The notes under the pieces are model-generated. The model saw only the letters and a list, made by a program, of their open reading frames with translations. It ran no database searches and was not told where the DNA came from. Positions 1 through 11,748 of a DNA stretch of 64,000 nt are shown piece by piece. The stretch is from Octopus vulgaris (lineage: Eukaryota). Both the position numbers and the translations under genes were made by a program. The DNA is taken from positions 20,894,001-20,958,000 of the forward strand of contig OX597821.1 in assembly GCA_951406725.2 (NCBI GenBank), given 5' to 3'. Every line of letters begins with the position of its first letter. Position 1 is the stretch's first letter.

Positions 1-30
1 TCTATATTGGAAACTGCGTGCGAAAAGTGA

Positions 31-603
<573 letters not shown>

Positions 604-604
<1 letters not shown>

Positions 605-1159
605 TGCCCTGATGCAGTACCAGGCAGTGGCTCTCATGGCTTCTGATCTTAACTGATTGGAAGTGTTATCATGTACATTGTTTTGTCTTGGTATAAAAGA
701 TGGGCTACAGCAAATATTCTGCTCAATACCACAGATTTGCTTGTCAGTTGTTTGACCTTAACAAGTTGAGCATGTCCCTTACTGGCTGACGATATGTGCA
801 TCTCTGATCACGAGCAGAAGTAGTGGGGGAGCATCATAGCCATGTGTTGAGAGGGATTCTTTGGGGTTTGAATAATTCACCTCTGGAAACATGGGTATTT
901 CGTTCAACGTCCTTAAACAACCCTTATTCAGGGACCTTTTGAGCGGGATGGGTTACTCGAACTGAAGAAAATTCTAACTGGGCTCCACCTGCAAGGTCAT
1001 GTGCTGTTTATCTTGATATGAGATCGCCATGTCGCGCACATATGGTTGTGATGCATGTGCCTGGTGTACCCTTATCAGACGGGTAGTCATGATGGGTATA
1101 CTGGGCTTCGTATATTTTACCCCAGTGTCACTTTGATGGCATGCTCTGCTCGCTCACTC

Positions 1160-1160
<1 letters not shown>
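604..1160. mobile_element. ~557-bp non-coding interspersed element embedded in the (AAT)n array
   Basis: Complex sequence with sharp borders (atgccctgatgc...gctcactca) between two AAT arrays; no credible ORF; resembles a high-copy octopus repeat from recollection, not searched. Confidence 0.55.
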
Positions 1161-1218
<58 letters not shown>

Positions 1219-1284
1219 TTATTATTATTATTATTATTATTATTATAACAACAACAATAATAATAATAACGATGATAATGATAC

Positions 1285-1353
<69 letters not shown>

Positions 1354-1372
1354 CAACAACAACAATAATAAC
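1161..1372. repeat. compound (AAT)/(TAT)/(AAC) microsatellite
   Basis: Direct reading of the triplet array. Confidence 0.97.
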
Positions 1373-2750
1373 TAGAACAGAATTACATGAATAAGAAAAT
1401 ATCACTTAGTGGTCAAAGACACTCTACTTATACCGGATATGTTAAAAGAACAGATCAAAGCGAGTGGAATGAAAATCAAAAGATATGAGGAAAGATGCCT
1501 TCAGTTGAAACAAAAAGCGACTTTTTACAACAAACCAGAAGCTGTTCTGTGATACTCTGGATGGAGGAGATAAGGAACAGGCAACTTTATCTGATCTCAA
1601 ATAAGCAACTTTGTTTTGGAGCAAGATCTGGTCTGATGACGTTAAACACAATAGGGCACCCTGGCTCCATGAAGTGGAAGAAGAATTCCCGGGCACAGAG
1701 ATAAATTAGGATGTTACCATCACACTGAAAGATATTCAAGCCAGAGTTGGCAAGATGAAAACATGGAAGGCAGTTATCCCGCGTCTAGTTCAGGGACTTG
1801 GGATCAAGATATCCTTCTGCAAGGTCGTTCACATCAAGGAATTGTACCAGGATAGATGGTCAAAAGAAGAACTGCGATGATTCAGAAGAACCCAGCCAAG
1901 GGTACCCTGGCCAACAACTATCGCCCGTTTCCTTGCTTACCTGAGATGTGGGGGCTTCTAAATGGGATAATGTCAAAGACATCGTACAATCTTGAAAGTA
2001 AGTAACTCTTAGCGGATGAACAGAAGCCTGCTGAAAGGGATGACATGGAATAAAGGATCAGTTGGTGATTGATAAGATAATTTTGAGGAATTATCGAAGA
2101 AGATTGGCAGCACTAACAACGGCTTGCATTGACAACAAGAAGGTATATCATGTGGTTCCTCACTGGTGGATTCTAAAATTACTGGATATGGTCAGAGTAA
2201 CTAAAAATTTAAAAACTCAGTGAGGAACTTGAATAATTTTGACAGCAGGTGGAAGGGACATCGAGCAAGTCGACATCAAGCAAAAAATATTAAAAGGAGA
2301 GACTATCAGCCTTATTGTTAGTATGTTACTGCTCTCCATGTTTCTGAAGAATATGAAAGCTGGTTACAAACTGCACAGAAATATGAGACCAATTAACCAC
2401 TTGTTATTTATAGATGATTTAAAGCTATGCGGAGCTAGCAGAGGTCAACTGGACTCCCTTATTCAGACAGTACAATTTTTACCTCATGACATCCAGATGG
2501 CATTTTGTTCAGAGAAATCCGCTGTTATTAAACTGAGTGGAGGATAGTGGGGTATACATTTCAGATGATGGCGAGCGCATAGGAGAACAGACAGGTTTAC
2601 ATGTATCTAAGTATTGTTTTTTAACAATTAGACTAGATGATGAATACCAAGACGAATGAGAAATTGTCTTCTGAAAATACCAGAAGAGGAAAATATTGTG
2701 CGACATAGATGCTGTCGCGTGATTTAACTGAGCAGCGTATATAGGCCAAG
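1373..2750 (+). mobile_element. degenerate R4/Dong-clade non-LTR retrotransposon, RT region (pseudogene)
   Basis: Broken frames give FWSKIW, TAMIQKNPAKGTLANNYRPFPCL, GIKDQLVIDK, IDNKKVYHVVPHWWI and (ORF 2239-2547) INHLLFIDDLKL, typical RT motifs of R4/Dong elements; many stops and frameshifts; abuts an AAT array. Confidence 0.85.
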
Positions 2751-3409
2751 ACATAACAAAGTAATGATTATTTTCTCACCGCACAATATTTGGAAATAGT
2801 CATTTACCATAGCTTCACAGTGAAGTATGCCCTGCCAGGGTGAAAATGGTACGCGGAATCTACTTGGGAGACCAACGGCAAGAAACCATTAAGATGCAGT
2901 GTCTTTCCAACGAAGTTCTGTGATATATTTGTTCTTAAATAAGTTTTTAAAATAATTGTCACTTAGTTGGTTCGAACGGTTTCTAATCAGTGATTGGCTG
3001 ATTAGAAACACGTGAACAATGGCAGTACAGTGTATCAATTACATTATTAAATAAATGAATATATTAAATAAAGGAATCTAAATAATGACGGTCAATATAT
3101 TCTTTTATGCTCTTGTTAGGTGAACTTGCACAGCATCCGATTATGTTCTATTGTGTTCTTGATTTAATGTTCACATTACATCAAATATGGTTATTTGAAT
3201 TAATGGCATAGATGCATAATACGTAGTGCGTTGGACAAACATATCCTGCGTACAATACACACACACACAAACACACACATACAAACAGACTCGAAGACAC
3301 ACTCTCTTCTATCACATTTATGTATTCATATCTACATGCAGATATTCATATTTATACATAAATACATAGAAATCTACATATATATACATAGAAATCTACA
3401 TATATATAC

Positions 3410-3461
<52 letters not shown>

Positions 3462-3464
<3 letters not shown>

Positions 3465-3720
3465 CACACGCCGATGACGGGTCAATGCCCTGAAACTCGA
3501 GTCCGTGTGTATCATAAGTTGAAGACGGGAAGGATGGCTTCCCTTTGCAAATACTGATAGGGCACAGAAAGAAAGTGTGTCTATAGCTAGCTGGAGGAGG
3601 TGTCCTCCTGGGGCTACAAACTACAGTAGCATCCACCCTTAGGGGTTAGCCATATTCAAATAGCAAATATACGTCACGATGTGTTGCTGCTACTGTTTAT
3701 AACTCGCTCTGAGATTTATC

Positions 3721-3722
<2 letters not shown>
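3462..3722 (+). mobile_element. TA-embedded hammerhead-bearing small element (Penelope pLTR/retrozyme-like)
   Basis: About 260 bp between two (TA)n arrays; starts with a hammerhead motif; shares blocks (gtgtgtc.atagctagct.gagg.ggt..cctc, gccatatt) with the 46.1 kb element. Confidence 0.65.
3465..3509 (+). ncRNA. minimal type I hammerhead ribozyme motif (variant core CCGAUGA)
   Basis: cacacg-CCGATGA-c ggg tcaatg ccc t-GAAA-ctcgag-TC-cgtgtg: 6-bp stem I, stem II, palindromic stem III, GUC site. Confidence 0.7.
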
Positions 3723-3789
<67 letters not shown>

Positions 3790-4202
3790 TTGCGAATTAA
3801 AAGCAGCTATAGAATTGTAAGCATTATCAGTCACACATATATAGTGTATGTGTTTTGTTTATAGGCACATTTTGTTGTCTTGTAGCGTCCGTGAAAAGCA
3901 TCAGACGCGACGCCGAGTATTGAAGAACATCGAATGCCCCAGGCGATGCAGGACAATTCGCCAAGAATCACCAAAAAAGCGTAGACAGTGATATTTCACA
4001 ATTGCTGTGGCTTATCAACACGATGTACTCGGACCACCTCGATATTTAATGTATAGCTGGTCTGGTTTTAATATTCAAATGTCATTTTCGACAAGGCTGA
4101 AAAGAATTCTAACTCTTATTTGTCAATGATATACAGTTCCATAGAGAATTTTAAGTTTTGGTTTGATGATGAGCCGAGATATGTTCTATTAAGCATTGCC
4201 GC

Positions 4203-4331
4203 GTTTATTAGACAGGCATAGATAATTCATCCACATACATATAAACACACGCACACACACACACTAACGTAGTCATGTAGACAGGCACACACGCACACGC
4301 ACATGCACTTTCAAGACATATATTTCTTAGT

Positions 4332-4401
<70 letters not shown>

Positions 4402-4430
4402 GATAGAGAGATAGATAGATAGATGGAGAA

Positions 4431-4509
<79 letters not shown>

Positions 4510-4915
4510 GATAGAGAGATAGAGAGATAGATAGATAGATAAACAGAGCATTACGAAATCTTTAGGTATTAAGTCACTGAATCTGTGTTTTATATATTCG
4601 TGGCTGTGCGTTTAATAAGTATACAATTCGCCCCCGTCTGCCGATAAAAGGTGTAGTTAAATATCAGAATAATTTATCTCTCGCTTTTTTATTTCTTTCT
4701 CTCGCGGTCTCCATCTCTCTATGTCTCCATGTCTTTCTGTCTCTGTTTCTCCCTGTCTCTCTCTCTCTCTCTTTCTCTCTATCTCTCTTTCTCGCGCTCA
4801 CTTTCTATTTACTTACCTTAAGCATTTAAAAATATTTGCACACTTATCGAGAAATGCAATTTCTAAGTATCTTAGATTCAAAATCAGCACCTGCAATGAA
4901 TGAACTAAGAGTCGT

Positions 4916-4999
<84 letters not shown>

Positions 5000-5115
5000 A
5001 GAGATAGATAGATAGATAGATAAACAGAGCACTACGAAATCTTTAGGTATTAAGTCACTGAATCTATGTTTTATATATTCGTTTATTAGACAGGCATAGA
5101 TAATTCATCCACATA
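4203..5115. repeat. local rearranged duplication around two (GATA)n arrays
   Basis: (gata)n + aaacagagca.tacgaaatctttaggtattaagtcactgaatct at ~4541-4601 and ~5022-5082; gtttattagacaggcatagataattcatccacata at ~4203 and ~5081. Confidence 0.85.
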
Positions 5116-5353
5116 TAATTCTTACTGTTCATAGCATTTTCAAAAATAGATTAGAGCTAGTCTTTTATATGTTAAACCGTCATTGCAGACTGATAATATC
5201 CAGAGGAATTGGTGGATCTACAATCCGTTATACAAATAGACTGGAAATTGTTCAAAGTTGAATTTGAGCAACCGAGCAAAATGAATGTTTATAGCATAAT
5301 CCATGTACAGTTATTTACAAAATAATCCGCAAATACCTAAACACACACACACA

Positions 5354-5482
<129 letters not shown>

Positions 5483-5641
5483 TTATATATGTGTGTGTAT
5501 GTTTAGGTAAACGTACACACACACACACATATATATACTCGATTTAAGGCTTTTTTAACTTCATGACGAGATGGCTACTTCCAAGGAAATTCTGGCTCAA
5601 TGCCTAGTATTTGGGGGTAATTAATTGCCTTGAAACAATAG

Positions 5642-5684
<43 letters not shown>

Positions 5685-5902
5685 ACCATATAGTTTACAT
5701 TCATGTACAAGGAGTAAAAGACAATGGAGATTATGAAGTTAATAATTGTTTATTATTAATAGCAAATTAATCAGCACTCGTTAAACACAGATATGCTTCC
5801 TTGAAACGCTATATAGTAATTCAAACTTTCATTAACCAATCGGAATCTATATTAACTTCTTCTTTGGGGTGATTGGTAAAAGGTGTAATCGCATATATAT
5901 AT

Positions 5903-6129
5903 TCTCTTCACTCTTTACTCTTTTACTTGTTTCAGTCATTTGACTGCGGCCATGCTGGAGCACTGCCTTTAGTCGAGCAAATCTACCCCAGGACTTATTA
6001 TTTGTAAGTCTAGTACTTATTCTATCGGTCTCTTTTGCCGAACTGCTAAGTTACGGGGACGTAAACACACCAGCATCGGTTGTCAAGCGATGTTGGGAGG
6101 ACAAACACAGACACACAAACACACACACC

Positions 6130-6165
<36 letters not shown>

Positions 6166-6350
6166 CATATATATATATATATATACATATACATGCTTCT
6201 TTCAGTTTCGTCTACCAAATCCACTCACAAGGCTTTGGTCGGCCCAATGCTCTAGTAGAAGAAACTTGCCCAAAGTATCACGCAGTGGGACTGAACCCGG
6301 AACCATGTGGTTGGTAAGCAAGCTACTTACCACATAGCCACTCCTGCGCC
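5903..6350 (-). mobile_element. tRNA-derived SINE, family A (internal TA/CA microsatellite, gtaaaaga tail)
   Basis: Minus strand reads ggcgcaggagtggctatgtggtaag...ggttccgggttcagtccc (A/B-box-like head); closely similar copies at 11.4, 28.7, 30.6, 57.6 and 62.8 kb. Confidence 0.92.
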
Positions 6351-6368
6351 CATGAAACAATGTGTTAC

Positions 6369-6476
6369 GCTTACTGCACCTAGGTTTCCCAAGCGGTCAC
6401 CCATCTAACTACTGACTAGGCTTGACGTTGCTTAACTTCGGTGATCGGACGAGAACCGGTGCTTTCAACGTGATAT
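6369..6476 (-). pseudogene. 5S rRNA copy, about 10 nt missing at the 5' end
   Basis: Minus strand atatcacgttgaaagcaccggttctcgtccgatcaccgaagttaagcaacgtc...gatgggtgaccgcttgggaa...gtaagc matches invertebrate 5S rRNA with several substitutions; no poly-T terminator, not arrayed. Confidence 0.9.
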
Positions 6477-6716
6477 ATACACGTATGCGTAAGTTTGCAT
6501 ACGTATCAATGTATTCGCGCATATATAAGTATACACGTAGATATGTGTGCACGTGTTGATATATGTATATGTGAGAGTATATGCGTGTGTTTCTGTATAT
6601 ACATATGGATGTACGGATACATATATATATGTGTGTACATGTATACGTGCGTACTGCAAATATACGAATTTTCATAAATTTATTTATACCTTGTATACGA
6701 ATGCTTCATTTTCTTA

Positions 6717-7097
6717 TCTTTATATATAAAAGTCAAGTTGGGTGTCTGTCTCCTAACTACTCCCACATTTTGCGGTGCAGTTTAACCCAAACCGGTTATC
6801 TTATAGTCGTGATTCATATCGAGCCCTTCTTGGTATTAGCGCGCGTCTACGATGAGTCTACGATTAAAAAAAAAATTACCATCATTTTTCTCCATTTTAA
6901 TGCATTTTTTCGCTATTATATAAGGGAAGTAACTCTCTAACAATGTCTACGATGAGTCAATGATTTAGAAAAAAATTTACCATCATTTTTTTTCCATTTT
7001 TAATGCATTTTTTGCTATTTTTTGGCTATAACTCTCTAAAAATGCTTATATAGTTATTTCCCTTACAAACCCGAGGAACGCCGGGCGATACTGCTAG
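6717..7097 (+). mobile_element. non-autonomous Helitron
   Basis: A|TC start (tctttatatataaaag), subterminal hairpin cccgaggaacgccggg, CTAG|T end; longer related copy at 60.2-60.8 kb. Confidence 0.85.
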
Positions 7098-8322
7098 TTA
7101 ACTATAAACTTACTTTATTTAAATTTAAATTTCATTTATTATCTCTATTTAATTTATTCATTTAATGTTCTAATTCTATATACCTATTCTGTTTTATCAC
7201 CAATGAACCTGAGTAGCCATCGCCCGAACATATAACAATACAAACCATAAACCGTATCATTTAGTCTGCTGCAATGATTCAATAAGCACATATAAAACAT
7301 CCAAGAATATATTTTTTCCGTCTGAAGATACTTTACCCAAGTCATATAAATTTAATATTTACTTAATATATACTGAATATTAATTGAAACATCTATAATG
7401 GATGATAATTGATTTGCTGTTAATGATAAGCAATTATAAATAATTATTAACTTCCCAATCTCCATTTCCTTTTCCTTCTTATACACACACACACACACAC
7501 ACACACATACACACACACAAGCTCCTGCAGTTTCCGGGTAATTTTCATAATAGAACGTCTTGGCGAACTTTCAGAAGAGCATACCCTCATAGTTGGAATT
7601 TCTCAGTTTTGAGAAGGATTTTTTACTAATTTTCTTTTTCACTCTTGCAAATGGTGGGGAGAAGATCTTTATTTCATTATTTCATTATTTCCGGACCGAT
7701 TTTATCCATTTCTTTTTCCCATAATACTCTTGAAAAAACTTCTAGAAATCAAAAACTAAAAAATTGAACATTTATGAATTGTTTTAAACCCTCCCCCCCC
7801 CCCCACTAATTACCAATATTGGACATTATTTTATTTTGTTTTGTTTTTTTACACTCCGCATTTAGAAACGATGGGAGGAGTTCTGGAGTTTAAAAAAATG
7901 AACAGTTTTGGGAATCGGCGATCACCATTACAATTCCCAATACATTTATTTTCAAACAAAAAATGTAACGTAAATTAAAAGCAATATTGTAATCTTTAAA
8001 AATTTTTTCATTAACACTCGCCCATTCCAGAAATCCTAAAATTTCGACTTCTTTCTAATTTTTTTTAATAGTAGTTTTCAAATACGAACAGTTCGAATCA
8101 GCAATTGTTTCTGTTTAAAATATGAAAATATTTTTCGGACGAAAAAGGTGTGATTTAAGGGGGGGGATTAGCTGCTGTTTCTGGCACATCCAACGATAAC
8201 CTCCTGTTTCCTCGTTTCTTTTTAGCTGACATTTTTCTCTCCATGAGCTCATTTTATAGAATGATATACATACTTGCGTACATACAAAAATAATTTGGAT
8301 AGGCAAAATATTTACATGAACT

Positions 8323-8362
8323 AGGCGCAGGAGTGGTTGTGTGGTAAGTAGCTTCTTACCAG
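8323..8362 (+). mobile_element. SINE family A 5' head, interrupted by a 3-kb insertion
   Basis: aggcgcaggagtggttgtgtggtaagtagcttcttaccag; the SINE resumes at 11373. Confidence 0.85.
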
Positions 8363-8891
8363 ACGGACGTGTTTTTTTGCTGCTCCGATGTCTCGTTGTT
8401 TCAACGTGAAATATTGAACTGTCGTCTCGACTAAAGGTAGGAATTTTGTGTTTTTGTGGGTTTAGTGAAGCTTTATTGCTTGCATGAATGTTTTTTAACA
8501 TTTAATATTTTTTAGGAAGTAATAAGGCTCCACTTTTCTCCGAATGTAATTTTTCTGCCTGTGTCGAGCGAAAGAAATTGTATTTTTGAAGCGGCTTGGT
8601 CCGACTGAAGAGATTATTGTGAAATCGTCATTGTGTGTCCACGGGATTACCAAGGATTGTTTACCAAGGGTCTTACCAATGCATTTGGCACGGATTACAT
8701 TCTGGCCGAAGAAGTGAGAAAAAAAGAAAACTGAATTCCTTTGCCTAATTTGAACTCTCTTTCTCTTCTATCATTTATTTGTTAAAAACTTTTTTGAACT
8801 GCCATTTTTATTTTCTCTTCCCTTCTGTTACATTTTTATTCTCCTTTCTGTGGCTAAATTTAGTTATTATTGAACTATTGTATTTTACGTT

Positions 8892-9742
8892 ATGGCGAAG
8901 GCAAGGAATTTTACTGTGTGGGAGTTAGCACCTCCCAAAAAATATTTACATGATCTTGAGGAAAGAACCGTGGTGCTGAGAACAGTTTCAAAGGTACTCG
9001 ACACCATAATGGTCTTTCCGAGAGATACCATTGAGAACGAGCTGGCAGATTATATGCCAGCCGTTAAACATATACAACGGGGGGTCAAGCACGCAACGGT
9101 CTGGTTGCTATTTGACTCCGCCGAAGAAGCTTGCAAATGTGCAAGCCAGCCATTGAGGGTGATGAAATTCTGTTTCTCCCCAGTTACAGGGGCGAAAAAC
9201 TCTTACGTTTGTGGGTCTGTGGCCTGCCGCCCGGCTTTGAACCCGAGTAGATAGAAGACTCTATCCGCCGGGGGCTGGGTGACAGGGACGCCAAGATCCT
9301 CAACGTTAAAATGCAGCCTGCGGCTAACTGGGAAGGGTCAAAGGCCACTTTGACTCTGTGGACCCAGTCGGCCAAGAGTCTGGTTTTTCCGGACTTCCTG
9401 AAGATGGCCGGGTCCAGGTACCCGGTGATGCTTGAGGGACGCGCCCCCAAGTGTCACCGGTGCTCGGAGCCTGGACATATTAAGAAGAAGTGTCCCGGGG
9501 GCCGTGGTGCCGCCCCGGAACATGAAAAGGAAAAGGTGCCCGCCGTCCCCTCATTGGAGGGGGAGACGGTGGAAGTCGTGGAGGAGGTTGCCTCCACGAA
9601 AAGAAAGAGGCCGGCGAGCAACAATGGTTGCCCACCAAAGAACGCTCAGGGGGCGGAGGGGGATAGCAATCCCCCGTGTCTGGTGACGGAGTCCCCTGGG
9701 TTAGCAGTCTCCCCCAAAAGAAGGAGGAGAAAAAGGAGAGGT
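8892..9742 (+). pseudogene. ORF1/gag-like zinc knuckle protein, copy 1 (frameshift ~9150, TAG ~9248, 3' truncated)
   Basis: ORFs 8892-9254 and 9311- join into MAKARNFTVWELAPPKKYL...YPVMLEGRAPKCHRCSEPGHIKKKCP (Cx2Cx4Hx4C), then a basic/low-complexity tail. Confidence 0.8.
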
Positions 9743-9926
9743 CGGACGTCTGACGTTTCTGCGTCACCTCAAAAATTAACGTGTGTAATTGCCTTTGTCT
9801 TCAGATTTACTAACGGAGTACCAGGGATTATTTTCACAAGTGGATTATCAGTGGCCTGGAATACCTTTTGGCCGGGAAAAAAGAAAGAAAAAATTAATTC
9901 CTTTGCCTGGATTTTGAACTTTTGTT

Positions 9927-11134
9927 ATGGCAAAGGAGTTCACCATATGGGAGTTGACACCTCCCAAAAGATATCTGAAAGAGCTAGAGGACCGTGGTGT
10001 TGAGGACTTATTCAAAGTTGCTCAACACCATAGCTGTCTTTCCAAAGGCCACTATTGTTAACGAGCTGGCAGACTATATGCCAGCCGTTAAATACATCGC
10101 ACCGGGAGTCAAATACGCAACGGTTTGGTTGCTGTTTGACTCCCATAAAGCAGCTTGCGACTTTGCAAGCAAGCCCATTGAGGGCAAAGAGATATTGTTC
10201 CTCCCTAATTACAAGGGACAAAAATTGTTGAGAGCTTGGATCTGCGGCTTACCACCCGGCCTTGAACCCGAGTGGATAGAGGACTCTATCCGCCGGGGTC
10301 TGGGTGGTAGCAGCGCCAAGCTCCTAAACGTAAGAGTACAGGCTGCGGCTGATTGGGAGGGGTCAATAGTTACTTTGACCATATGGACCCAATCAGCCAA
10401 AGGTCTGGTTTTGCCGGACTTCTTGAGGATGGCCGGGTACAGCTGTCCGGTTATGCTTGAGGGACGCCCTCCCCCAAGTGTCACCTGTGCCTGGAGACCG
10501 ACCATATTAGGAAAAACTGCCCCAGGGACCAAAGTAGGATCCTGGAGCATTTGATGTCGGAGCCTCTCCCTGCACCCCCCCCCCCCCCCCGATGGAGGGA
10601 GAGAAACAGAGCGGGGAAGCAACGACTTCCTCAACGAGAAAGAGAAAAGTGGGGAGCAATGGCGACCCACCAAAAGACCCGGAAGCTGCGGGAGAAGAAG
10701 AGAACCCGGTGTGTGCAACACCGAAACCTCAACCTCCCGTGGCCCAAGGTAAAAAGAAGAAAAGGAAGAGGAGAAACGGGACGCCGCCGGCGGATTGTGA
10801 TACGCAGACGGTATCCCCCAAATCTTCTCAGGCGGGTGTGCCGCCTGAGGAACAATTTGTGGAACAATTTGTGGTTCTCTTTTTTAAAGGTGGAACAGTG
10901 GAAGGTGAGATGAGTAAAATGAGAAAGCGGGGCCATTGGGAGGGACTTCGGTCCTGCACAGAGGACCCCGAGTGGCCTTCGCTGCTGGCTGCGGAGGTCA
11001 TAAGGAGGGGTAATCTGGGCAGGATCATGGGTTCCTTCCCGATGGACTCATTTCAAATAATACCTCTAGACCACGAACTGACCAGCGATGATTGCCTCGT
11101 TGAGGCAAGAGCGCTGGTCGGCCGGGTAACATAG
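9927..11134 (+). pseudogene. ORF1/gag-like zinc knuckle protein, copy 2 (three frameshifts, two in C homopolymers)
   Basis: ATG 9927 MAKEFTIWELTPPKRYL, ORF 9994-10554 paralogous to copy 1, PKCHLCLETDHIRKNCP knuckle, continuing in ORF 10592-11134. Confidence 0.8.
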
Positions 11135-11372
11135 ACATATTGAACATTGTATTATATTGAAAAAGAGGTTTATTGCCTCTGGTAAAATTTGTAAAATTTG
11201 AAATCTTTGTAAAACCTTTGAAAAAAAAGGACAATGTCTTAGAGAAACGAAAGTCGGCGGGCGCTTTCGTCTTCTCCCATCACCATCTTCGTCCATCACC
11301 ATCATTCATTAATGTTTTTGTCCAGGCCGCAGCTACTCTTTGTACTGCCCTAGTGGCAAATCATATGAAATA

Positions 11373-11748
11373 AAGTAGCTTGCTAACCAGCCACATTGTT
11401 CCGGGTTCAGTTCCACTTGGGCAAGTGTCTTCTGCTATAGCCCCGGGACGACCAATGCCTTGTGAGTGGAATTGGTAGACGGAAACTGAAAGAAGCCTGT
11501 CTTATATATGTATATATATATATATATATATGTATGTGTTTGTGTGTCTGTGTTGGTCCCTCCCCCCCCCCAGCATTGCTGGTGTGTCTACGTCCCCGTT
11601 ACTTAGCGGTTCGGCAAATCGACCGATAGAATAAGTACTGGGCTTACAAAGAATAAGTCCCGGGGTCGATTTGCTCGACTAAAGGCGGTGCTCCAGCATG
11701 GCCGCAGTCAAATGACTGAAACAAGTAAAAGAGTCAAAGAGTAAAAGA
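11373..11748 (+). mobile_element. SINE family A, remainder of the interrupted copy
   Basis: Continues the family A sequence through to the gtaaaagagtcaaagagtaaaaga tail. Confidence 0.9.

Larger units (their letters stand above)
8363..11372 (+). mobile_element. non-autonomous L1/Tx1-like retroelement with two tandem ORF1 units and no ORF2
   Basis: Flanked by imperfect duplication aagtagcttcttaccag (8346-8362) / aagtagcttgctaaccag (11373-11390); GC-rich coding interior; two paralogous CCHC zinc knuckle ORFs; ends in gaaata(a). Confidence 0.8.

Noticed and set aside
5600-5645. Hammerhead-like remnant ccta...gggtaattaattgcctt-GAAA-caa-tagg
   Set aside because: Stem II and GAAA are present but the CUGANGA core is unrecognisable.
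6080-6337. Recurrent peptide RLPNPLTR...SGTEPGTMWLV in several ORFs (6.1, 28.8, 30.5, 57.7, 62.7 kb)
   Set aside because: Antisense translation of SINE family A, not a gene family.
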